Source: a bacterium UBA6025
GTDB taxonomy: Bacteria > Patescibacteriota > Saccharimonadia > Saccharimonadales > Saccharimonadaceae
Direction of reading: 5' to 3'
Assembly: GCA_002429375.1 (NCBI GenBank)
Contig: DIZP01000036.1
Span: 1-33,174 of the forward strand
Length of the DNA stretch: 33,174 bases
Positions 20,567-27,740 of the stretch are shown here, piece after piece. The stretch's first letter is position 1. Every line of letters starts with the position of its first letter. The notes below the pieces were generated by a model, which had not been told where the DNA came from, made no database searches, and saw only the letters and a list, made by a program, of their open reading frames with translations. A program made the position numbers and the translations under genes.

Positions 20567-22282
20567 CTAGCCAACGTGCTTATAGCTTGATCTGTATGAT
20601 TTTTCAGGAAGCTCACTCACTACAGAATTTTCTACTACAAACATCTTCTTATGAGTCACTTCATGTAATATCTTTCCGAAGACACGCTCTAGTGCATGTG
20701 CCGTAGTCCCATCTACTTGCCCCCTCTCTGTATCAAAATTGGCAGGGGATAGATTTGATTGTAGTAGTGGAGAGAGGAAATCGACTCGACACCAAAACAT
20801 TGTCCCGCCAAAAAAGGGATATTTACTCGAAGAACCTAGAATCCTAAGGATTGTCTTGTCGTCAGTTAGTGGCGCTATTATTGTTGCGATACGTTGTCTA
20901 TTATCGCCCATATATTTACTAAGAGAGACTACGTGACCGGCAGGTCCGATTGCCCCAGTATCTGGGTTTTTGAGTGTTTTTATTATTTTAGATATGTCGG
21001 ATGGAATGAGTTCGCCCAGTAGACTGTTTAGCCACTCACCTCCGTCTTTACGGTGTAAACTTTTTTTACTGTGGAGTTTTAGTATGTATTTATATTGATT
21101 TTCTTGTCTAATCCTCTCCGAGATTAGAAGGAAAGGAAGTACATCTCTTCCGCGATTTGGGAAAGATGCAATGTTCGTTACCTTATGGTATTTACTCACC
21201 TTGTCTAATACTAATTCTTTATCCTTTGTCTGGACTGACACGAATAAATCAAATGGTACGTTGATTCGAGCTAGTTTCTTACTTATTACTGGCCACAGTG
21301 AAGGATAATAAAGATGCAAAACAACCGCCAGCTTAGTTTCCGGTGAGGTTTCTAGATATAAAGATTCGGTAAGTTTATGATATTTCGCATTTCTTGTGTC
21401 CCCTAACACTTTCCACACAATTTTATTGCGTGACAGTATTTTTCTAAGTGCTTTTCTTGTAGTGGCGTGTGTACCATCCTTTTTAATAGATTTTATTATC
21501 ACGCGGGGATAGCGCATTCCAAATACCCTCATCACAATATTGGGGTGTCTTACTCTAACTAGCCTATTGGGGTCAATTACCTTGCTGCCATATTTATTTT
21601 TATATTTCGTTAAAATTTCAACAAAATGCTTCGTATCCTCTTTCGGATCATTTCTTGACCCGCGTGTACCTTGGCGGATGCGATAGTTGATACAGTTATC
21701 TTTTGCGAGCTTAAACTTAGCGCCATCAAGCGATAGTCCGATAAAAAAGTCCCAGTCTTCGGCCACTTTCTCAACCTCGAATCGGTGGTCTTTTATTGCC
21801 TGCTTTTTAATTAATGACGCAGGCGTACAGTGTAGTTTTTGAAGTTGTAGTAGTTCTGATTTAAATTCTGGAAAGTCAGTGTCTGGGCGGCCAAGCCATT
21901 CGCCAACGAAGTGCCAGTTTGGATAAACAACATCAGCATCGTGCTCTTTTGCGATTTTATAGCTCTTACTTATGTAATTGCGATTAAAGTAGTCGTCGGC
22001 ATCCAAATAACAAATGAATTCGCCCTTTGCAAGTTCTATGCCTTCATTACGCGTATAGACAACGCCTTTATTTTTACGACTAACATACTTAATATTTCGC
22101 CCTTGGTTCTTACTAACGAGTTCTTTTATGATTTCATCGCTATTGTCTGTAGATCCATCATTAATAATGATTAGTTCGATATTTCGGTAAGTCTGAGCTA
22201 ACACACTCTCAATTGCTTTAGTAATATATTGATCGTAATTATAGTTGGTAATAATGACTGAAATTAGAGGTTTGTTTTTCAT
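20567..22282 (-). CDS. Bifunctional-looking glycosyltransferase: N-terminal GT2 domain fused to a C-terminal rhamnan-synthesis protein F (RgpF)-like domain
   Basis: 571 aa. The N-terminus has ISVIITNYNYDQYI...IINDGSTDNS...YLDADDY (GT2). The C-terminal half has LAVVLHLYYPSLWPVISKKL...VPFDLFVSV...GRDVLPFLL, an RgpF-type pattern. Confidence 0.75.
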   Translation of the reverse strand: MKNKPLISVIITNYNYDQYITKAIESVLAQTYRNIELIIINDGSTDNSDEIIKELVSKNQGRNIKYVSRKNKGVVYTRNEGIELAKGEFICYLDADDYFNRNYISKSYKIAKEHDADVVYPNWHFVGEWLGRPDTDFPEFKSELLQLQKLHCTPASLIKKQAIKDHRFEVEKVAEDWDFFIGLSLDGAKFKLAKDNCINYRIRQGTRGSRNDPKEDTKHFVEILTKYKNKYGSKVIDPNRLVRVRHPNIVMRVFGMRYPRVIIKSIKKDGTHATTRKALRKILSRNKIVWKVLGDTRNAKYHKLTESLYLETSPETKLAVVLHLYYPSLWPVISKKLARINVPFDLFVSVQTKDKELVLDKVSKYHKVTNIASFPNRGRDVLPFLLISERIRQENQYKYILKLHSKKSLHRKDGGEWLNSLLGELIPSDISKIIKTLKNPDTGAIGPAGHVVSLSKYMGDNRQRIATIIAPLTDDKTILRILGSSSKYPFFGGTMFWCRVDFLSPLLQSNLSPANFDTERGQVDGTTAHALERVFGKILHEVTHKKMFVVENSVVSELPEKSYRSSYKHVG

Positions 22283-23238
22283 TATTTTCTCAAAAAAGTA
22301 TTTGCTAGACGGTGTTTCACACTTCGCGCAGCAGTATATATCCTGTAAGCCTTGGATTGCTTTATGCTACTGAGCTCCACCTCACTGCCTACTAGGCGGT
22401 CACGGGTCTCTACTAGGCGGTCACGGGTCTCTACTAGGTTATCGTTTAGTTTTTCGATTTCAATCGAAGAATTAGATAATCTTTCTTCATAGCTCATATC
22501 CTTTGTCTGTAATTGTCTATCGCTATAATGTTCACCAATTGCCGCAATATGACTAACTTTTTCGGCTATCTTCCTATTACTACATAAAAAGTAAAAATAG
22601 AGATGCTGATCGCGAACTTTCTTCGTTAGATTCAGAACCGTTCCGTTGGTATCGTGACTAAGTTCATTTTCGGTTCCAATTGCTACGTACTTCCAGGTAG
22701 ACTGAAAGTACGAATCTATATTCTTATAATACTTTCGTAGGAGTGTGACTAACTCGTCATACTTAAATTCATGTAGATGGAAATGGTTTCCCTCAGCAAA
22801 CTCCACATCATTTGGTGTTGAAATCACTAACAGACCGTCAGTTTTCAAGACGCGGTTAACCTCATCTAAAAACTTTCTGTAATCCTTAATGTGCTCAATA
22901 GTTTCAAATGTGACCACTACATCAACACTATTATCGTCTAACGGAATAGATTCTCCGTCACCCACCAAGTATTCTATGTTTTTGCCACCATAATTCTTTC
23001 GTGAGTAGTTTATTGCAACTTCGTTAACATCTACACCATAAACAAACTTTGCAGATTCAGCCAGTATCTTTGTGCCGTACCCCGAACCACTTGCTATATC
23101 GAGAACTATTTTATTTTTTATAATAGGCTTAGCCGCTAGGTATCGCGTAACATGTTCAGAGTATATAAGACGGTCTTTATGGAATTCAGGCACCATTCGT
23201 TCATAATCGTTCTCGAGTGTTGCTTTCTTTGTTGTCAT
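22282..23238 (-). CDS. Class I SAM-dependent methyltransferase with a C-terminal coiled-coil tail
   Basis: 318 aa. [12 protein letters not shown] is SAM motif I. The C-terminal ~70 aa are heptad-like ([36 protein letters not shown]). The stop overlaps the downstream start (TAATG). Confidence 0.8.
   Translation of the reverse strand: MTTKKATLENDYERMVPEFHKDRLIYSEHVTRYLAAKPIIKNKIVLDIASGSGYGTKILAESAKFVYGVDVNEVAINYSRKNYGGKNIEYLVGDGESIPLDDNSVDVVVTFETIEHIKDYRKFLDEVNRVLKTDGLLVISTPNDVEFAEGNHFHLHEFKYDELVTLLRKYYKNIDSYFQSTWKYVAIGTENELSHDTNGTVLNLTKKVRDQHLYFYFLCSNRKIAEKVSHIAAIGEHYSDRQLQTKDMSYEERLSNSSIEIEKLNDNLVETRDRLVETRDRLVGSEVELSSIKQSKAYRIYTAARSVKHRLANTFLRK
22389..22438. repeat. 21-bp perfect tandem duplication (2.4 copies) inside the methyltransferase coiled-coil region
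   Basis: CTACTAGGCGGTCACGGGTCT occurs at 22389-22409 and 22410-22430, followed by the partial copy CTACTAGG. It encodes LVETRDR twice, which is exactly one heptad per unit. Confidence 0.95.
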
Positions 23239-23247
23239 ATAATTCCT

Positions 23248-24072
23248 TTATGTAGTCATTTTCTTCGTTATAAATACTCCAGAGGTGTCGGAAAGGTTCA
23301 CAAGGTTCATCTTAAATACCGTTGTTTCGAAACCTATTTTTTCGATTTGTGCAATGATATCGTACCCGAACTCAGTGAATACTAGGTAGTCTGGCTGTCC
23401 CACACCATGATAGGAGGCTTCCAATATATTGTCCACGCCTGATTCTCGTAATACTGCCCTTTTCCTAGTTTTGCGCGACCACACTACCGGTATCGTAAAC
23501 ACATGAAGTCCACCTGGTTTTAGCACTCTTAGTATCTCTGACATCGCGACATCAAAATTAGGTACATGTTCTAATGTATCTGAAGTTAAAATCAGATCCA
23601 GACTATTGTCTTCATAGCTTAAGGCTTCAAGATTCTCGGATGGAATGCTTGGATCTTTCGAGCCGAATTCGGAATACCGTAATGCTGGAAGTTCTTGAAG
23701 AAATTGATGAAGCTTACCGCAAGAATTAATCTCAGCTACTTTTATCTTCTTCAAATCACTTTCAACTAGCTCTTTGAGTGATACATTGCCATACTCATTA
23801 ACGAGCGCTTCGGATAATAATCGGAGACGAAATGAACAACCACATACAGTACAGAACATTGATTCACGCGCATCGAAGGAGTTTCGCAGCGATTCGGTTA
23901 GATCCCACGTGGTTGCCAGTTCGCTATTTATAATCGTCGTAAACTTCCAGATTTGATCCTGTGCGCCACACGCATAACATTTCCCGTTTTCATTCAGTAC
24001 ATTCTTGTTTAGAGAAAATTTTGGCTTCTGGACGTTTTTCATTATTTGTAAACCAATTGCACAATTAATCAT
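23248..24072 (-). CDS. SAM-dependent methyltransferase (Methyltransf_11-like) with an N-terminal Cys4 zinc-ribbon-like motif
   Basis: CYACG...CTVCGC forms a Cys cluster. LDLILTSDTLEHVPN and VLKPGGLHVFTIP match methyltransferase motifs. The start is ambiguous: ATG 24072 overlaps wzt by 8 bp, and ATG 24042 is the alternative. Confidence 0.7.
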   Translation of the reverse strand: MINCAIGLQIMKNVQKPKFSLNKNVLNENGKCYACGAQDQIWKFTTIINSELATTWDLTESLRNSFDARESMFCTVCGCSFRLRLLSEALVNEYGNVSLKELVESDLKKIKVAEINSCGKLHQFLQELPALRYSEFGSKDPSIPSENLEALSYEDNSLDLILTSDTLEHVPNFDVAMSEILRVLKPGGLHVFTIPVVWSRKTRKRAVLRESGVDNILEASYHGVGQPDYLVFTEFGYDIIAQIEKIGFETTVFKMNLVNLSDTSGVFITKKMTT

Positions 24073-25285
24073 TTTTTATATCCATTCGAAAATTGAGGTT
24101 TGTATAGGCGCTACTTAGCTGCCTCTTACTGACTTTAAAAATAGCAGCGTTCTCTATCCCATCCAGCACCTCACTACCGCCACTGGCGGCAAGTCCAGGA
24201 CTAAGAGAGAAGGTACCAGTAGCAAATACATTCGGGATCTGCCAGTTGATCTCCACGGATTTTCCTTTTTTTAATGTCGGAAACTCACGACGAGCCCAGA
24301 GGTTATTGCCAGCAAAAATTCTCTGACCAGATGCGTCATAAATAGTGAGGCCATATATAGGTTGTTTGATGTCTTCGTTAGCTTCGACTTTCATCTTGAT
24401 TAATACTTCTGTTTGCTCCTCAGTATAAAGGGCTATGGTATCACCGGCATGAGCAGGGACGGCTTCAATAGAGGTAATTTTAGCTCGACCTGAGCCACTA
24501 CTCTCAATTACCTGAGCGTCAGTGGTCGTATGGGCTTCTTGTTTATTGAGAATCCCAATATACCTATTGACAACTTTGTTGATCTTGCCCTCATACACGA
24601 TACTGCCCTTTTCAATCAAAATACCCCGATCGCAGTACTCCAAAAGGGCGTTTGTATCATGGCTAACAAATATCACTGTTTGTTTATTATTTTTAAGCTG
24701 CTTGAAGTATTCGTAGCATTTCTTTTGAAACATTGCATCACCTACAGCAAGAACTTCGTCAAGCAACAGGATGTCGCTTTGTGCTCGAATCGCAATTGAA
24801 AAAGCGAGTCGCACTTGCATACCAGAAGAGTAATTCTTAAGTTTTTGATCCATAAACTTTGGTAGCTCAGCGAAATCAACGATATCATCATACATTAATT
24901 CCATCTCTTTATGACTAAATCCAAGCATAGCGCCATTCATAAAGATATTTTCTCGGCCAGTAAGCTCTGGATTAAATCCAACCCCTAATTCAATAAATGG
25001 GGTGAGGCTACCATTAACCTGGACTAGCCCTTTGTCTGGAACATATATACCAGCTATAAGCTTAAGAAGGGTGCTCTTACCGGAACCGTTACGCCCAACA
25101 ATACCAAAGAACTCGCCTTTTTTAATTTCAAAAGATATATCGTTTAGAACATGCTGAAGTTCATAGCCTTTTTTCCGTTTCGTAAAATTTACGATAAGCT
25201 GTTTAATGCCGCTATGCTGCTCGTGAGGAAGCTTAAAAGTTTTGTAGAGATCTTTGACTATAACTGCTGGTTGCTCGTCGGACAT
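24065..25285 (-). CDS. wzt: Polysaccharide ABC exporter ATP-binding protein (Wzt/TagH type) with a ~160-aa C-terminal extension
   Basis: Walker A GRNGSGKST, signature YSSGMQVRLAF, Walker B ILLLDEVLAVGD. The C-terminal beta-rich extension lies at about 24065-24535. I chose the start MSDEQPAVIVKDLYKTF at 25285, 1 nt after the wzm stop. Confidence 0.85.
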   Translation of the reverse strand: MSDEQPAVIVKDLYKTFKLPHEQHSGIKQLIVNFTKRKKGYELQHVLNDISFEIKKGEFFGIVGRNGSGKSTLLKLIAGIYVPDKGLVQVNGSLTPFIELGVGFNPELTGRENIFMNGAMLGFSHKEMELMYDDIVDFAELPKFMDQKLKNYSSGMQVRLAFSIAIRAQSDILLLDEVLAVGDAMFQKKCYEYFKQLKNNKQTVIFVSHDTNALLEYCDRGILIEKGSIVYEGKINKVVNRYIGILNKQEAHTTTDAQVIESSGSGRAKITSIEAVPAHAGDTIALYTEEQTEVLIKMKVEANEDIKQPIYGLTIYDASGQRIFAGNNLWARREFPTLKKGKSVEINWQIPNVFATGTFSLSPGLAASGGSEVLDGIENAAIFKVSKRQLSSAYTNLNFRMDIKND

Positions 25286-25286
25286 A

Positions 25287-26099
25287 CTACACGTTCTCCG
25301 CAAAATATTTTTGACTTTTCTTAAAGTACCAACTAGCCAATATGATAGACAAAATAACCAACACGTACGGTATTGCGGCAATAAATGGATTGTCTATAAG
25401 GCTATTCACTGTAACCGCCTGGTGTGTTACGACATTATACCTAGCGTCCTGGATTATCTGTGCGACAGGATTTAACATCAATACCTTCGCTATGACCGGA
25501 CTGGCAGCAACTACAAGGCCGACTGGGTAAAGGATTGGGGTTGCATAGAACGCGCCCTGCAATACAACCTCCCATATATGAGATACGTCACGAAATTTAA
25601 CAAACATTGCTGATAACAAAAATGCTATTGCCAATGAAAAAATATAAAGTTCAGCGATATTGATAGGGAGAAGTAACAGGCTCCAATGTATATCAACCCC
25701 GTTGATGATTAAGAACACAAAGACAATAATGAGGTTAAGTAGAAGATTGATGAGTGCAGAGATAGTACCCGAGACAACGATAATGTATTTAGGAAAATTA
25801 ATCTTGCGTATCAAATCGCCGCGTGCAACGATTGCAGACATACCTTGAGCGGTTGCCTCTGTAAAAAATGTCCACATAACAATACCAAGTAACAGATAGA
25901 CAGGGTAGTGTTCGATTGCTTTTCCGAGTTTAAAGAATTGTACAAATACAATATAAAGGATAGCGAAAAGCATCAAAGGCTTCAGTAAAGACCACAAATA
26001 CCCAAGTACAGATCCCTGATATCGGAGTTTGAAATCGGTTATAACTAGTTCGCGCAAAAGAATGCGATTACGCCTGCTTAAAATATTAGAAAGTTTCAT
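25287..26099 (-). CDS. wzm: Polysaccharide ABC exporter permease (ABC-2 type, Wzm/TagG)
   Basis: MKLSNILSRRNRILLRELVITDFKLRYQGSVLGYLWSLLKPL is a typical ABC-2 N-terminus, followed by six hydrophobic helices. I chose the start at 26099 rather than the 26228 extension. Confidence 0.85.
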   Translation of the reverse strand: MKLSNILSRRNRILLRELVITDFKLRYQGSVLGYLWSLLKPLMLFAILYIVFVQFFKLGKAIEHYPVYLLLGIVMWTFFTEATAQGMSAIVARGDLIRKINFPKYIIVVSGTISALINLLLNLIIVFVFLIINGVDIHWSLLLLPINIAELYIFSLAIAFLLSAMFVKFRDVSHIWEVVLQGAFYATPILYPVGLVVAASPVIAKVLMLNPVAQIIQDARYNVVTHQAVTVNSLIDNPFIAAIPYVLVILSIILASWYFKKSQKYFAENV

Positions 26100-26112
26100 A
26101 AGTCTGCGATTA

Positions 26113-26121
26113 ATTATACCA
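26113..26121 (-). promoter_or_regulatory. Extended -10 (TGGTATAAT on the minus strand) for the wzm-wzt-methyltransferase-GT operon
   Basis: The reverse complement of 26113-26121 reads TGGTATAAT, and the hexamer ends 13 nt upstream of the wzm ATG. It lies in the divergent 26100-26212 intergenic region. Confidence 0.4.
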
Positions 26122-26212
26122 GATTGATATAACAATGCGCCGCTCGGAATAAAAATAAACAGGTATCTTTTTATCCGCTCACCGGCTTTTGTTATAAGAT
26201 AGATGCACATAT

Positions 26213-27223
26213 ATGAACAGAGTTGCAATTGTCGTATTAAACTGGAACGGAATTGAAGACACTTTATTGTGCCTTGAGTCCCTATTGTCGCAAAGCTATA
26301 AACAGTTCCATATTGTGGTTATCGACAATGGATCAATCGATAATTCAAAAGAGTTATTAGAATCGTACCGCACGAAGCACAGCGATAAAATCGAGGTAAT
26401 CTATAACCCTATCAACTTCGGATTCGCCGGCGGAGTCAACACCGGTATTGAGTGGGCCCTTAATGAAGATTTTGAATACGTGGCGCTGTTTAACAATGAT
26501 GCCATCGCTGATAAAGACTGGCTAAAGAGCCTGGTCGAAGCTGCTCGGCCCAAAGAAGTTGGTATTACTACCGGGTTGCTGCTTCACGAAAACGGCAAAA
26601 CAATCGACAGTAGCGGTGACTGGTTGTCATCATGGGGGCTCGCCTTTCCGAGGAATCGGGGAGACAACACCGCAAAAGCATTCAAGGCCGGACCGGTTTT
26701 TGGCGCCACCGGTGGCGCTAGCCTGTATAAAACCGCCTTATTCAAAGACATCGGTCTATTTGACGAGGACTTTTTTGCCTACTACGAAGACGCTGATATT
26801 AGCTTCCGGGCGCAGCTGGCTGGCTGGAAAGTTGCCTATACGCCAAAGGCAATCGCTTATCACAAACAAGGAGCAACCAGTAGAAAAATCCCTGGTTTTA
26901 CCACTTATCATACCTTTAAGAACCTACCGTTATTGTTTCTGAAGGATGTTCCTCGCGGCCTATTATTCTCTGTTGGTATTCGATTTTATTTCGCCTACTG
27001 GCTCATCTTGCTTAATGCCATAGCCAAAGGCAACGGTATACCGGCGATAAAAGGGGCTGGGATGAGTTTTATCCTGGGATTCAAAAAACTCGGTGAGCGT
27101 AGAGCGATACAAAAAAACAAACGCGTCACGACAAGCTATATCAAAAGTATCCTGTGGAATGATCTGCCCCCCGATCAGACAGGTGTACGAAAATTGCGAA
27201 AGCTTTTCACTAGCAAGGATTAG
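26213..27223 (+). CDS. GT2 glycosyltransferase (WbbL/rhamnosyltransferase-like subgroup)
   Basis: 336 aa. VAIVVLNWNGIEDTLLCLESLLSQ...VVIDNGSIDNS...FNNDA...YYEDADISFR is the pattern of the GT2 'N-terminal NWNG' subgroup. Confidence 0.75.
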   Translation: MNRVAIVVLNWNGIEDTLLCLESLLSQSYKQFHIVVIDNGSIDNSKELLESYRTKHSDKIEVIYNPINFGFAGGVNTGIEWALNEDFEYVALFNNDAIADKDWLKSLVEAARPKEVGITTGLLLHENGKTIDSSGDWLSSWGLAFPRNRGDNTAKAFKAGPVFGATGGASLYKTALFKDIGLFDEDFFAYYEDADISFRAQLAGWKVAYTPKAIAYHKQGATSRKIPGFTTYHTFKNLPLLFLKDVPRGLLFSVGIRFYFAYWLILLNAIAKGNGIPAIKGAGMSFILGFKKLGERRAIQKNKRVTTSYIKSILWNDLPPDQTGVRKLRKLFTSKD

Positions 27224-27296
27224 TTTCTAATTTTTATTGGACAATAAACAATCCTTACTTTTTGGCCTAAAAGTAACAAAAGGCCTTCTTTTGGCT

Positions 27297-27312
27297 GCAA
27301 AAGAATCAAAAC
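27297..27312. repeat. Left core-flanking inverted repeat of element 1 (GCAAAAGAATCAAAAC)
   Basis: Its reverse complement matches 27621-27636 (GTTTTGCTTCTTTTGC) at 15 of 16 positions. It marks the exact boundary at which the core flips relative to element 2. Confidence 0.85.
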
Positions 27313-27620
27313 TGCTGGGGTTGATGGATTATCGCGGCTAAAGATATCACAATCACTCTTAGTATTCTGCGTAACTCGCTTTCAGCTCAAACATACTCGA
27401 ATAGCTAGGAGTGTATTGCGATATTTTTACCGGATAATTCAGAGACCCAAGACCCCACGAGCTACGAGGGAGCTCAGTCGGCATCTGCAGCTGCCCGAGG
27501 CGAGCGGGTGGTTCAAGACTGATTAAGCGCGAGGATGTTTGAACCGCTGGTAAGCGGTGAGTTCCGCAGCGCCAGTCTTGAACCGCCCGGTAGTCCCGGT
27601 GCAGTGAAGCCGCCGAAAAT

Positions 27621-27636
27621 GTTTTGCTTCTTTTGC
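27621..27636. repeat. Right core-flanking inverted repeat of element 1 (GTTTTGCTTCTTTTGC)
   Basis: Partner of 27297-27312. Confidence 0.85.
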
Positions 27637-27725
27637 ACACCAAAAGAAGCTCGTTTGATTACTTTCCGAGTCGAAAGTAAGGATTAGAGATTATTGAAAG
27701 CTAAATTCCACCAACAACCCCTCGA

Positions 27726-27734
27726 TGTTATAAT
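27726..27734 (+). promoter_or_regulatory. Extended -10 TGTTATAAT predicting a leaderless sucC mRNA
   Basis: The TATAAT hexamer is at 27729-27734, so the predicted +1 at 27741 is the A of the sucC ATG. No Shine-Dalgarno is present. Confidence 0.5.
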
Positions 27735-27740
27735 TTATAA

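Larger units (their letters stand above)
27251..27685. repeat. Nested-palindromic repeat element, copy 1 (candidate invertible switch, core orientation A)
   Basis: The left arm is 27251-27312 and the right arm is 27621-27685, and the arms are imperfect inverted repeats of each other, each with two small hairpins. The core is 27313-27620. It is a paralog of 29739-30168. Confidence 0.85.

Noticed and set aside
22389-22438. Possible CRISPR-like or VNTR array
   Set aside because: There are only 2.4 contiguous copies of a 21-bp unit with no spacers, and they lie in-frame inside a CDS. This is an intragenic tandem duplication, not a CRISPR array. No CRISPR-like repeat-spacer pattern was seen anywhere in the window.
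25286-25381. 32-codon N-terminal extension of the wzt ORF, together with the analogous extensions of wzm (26100-26228), WbsX (19205-19258) and sucD (28793-28825)
   Set aside because: In each case an internal start gives the family-typical N-terminus and removes an overlap with the upstream gene or intergenic promoter. The extensions are hydrophobic or odd sequences with no homology-like features.
27359-27643. 94-aa ORF (minus strand) inside repeat element 1. It appears 'conserved' with the 67-aa ORF at 29779-29982 (plus strand) inside element 2.
   Set aside because: The protein-level similarity simply reflects the DNA repeat, since the cores are reverse complements. There is no plausible start context or Shine-Dalgarno, the two ORFs have different ends and lengths, and the sequence is dominated by nested inverted repeats. 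I treat both as non-coding.
27640-27685. Hairpins in the right arms (GCTTCTTTTG-loop-CAAAAGAAGC followed by TCGTTTGATT, and TTACTTTC-loop-GAAAGTAA), considered as simple rho-independent terminators of the upstream genes
   Set aside because: They belong to the ~60-bp arm palindromes present at both ends of both elements. The trailing T-tract is weak and interrupted. A terminator function cannot be excluded, but they are better explained as components of the repeat element.
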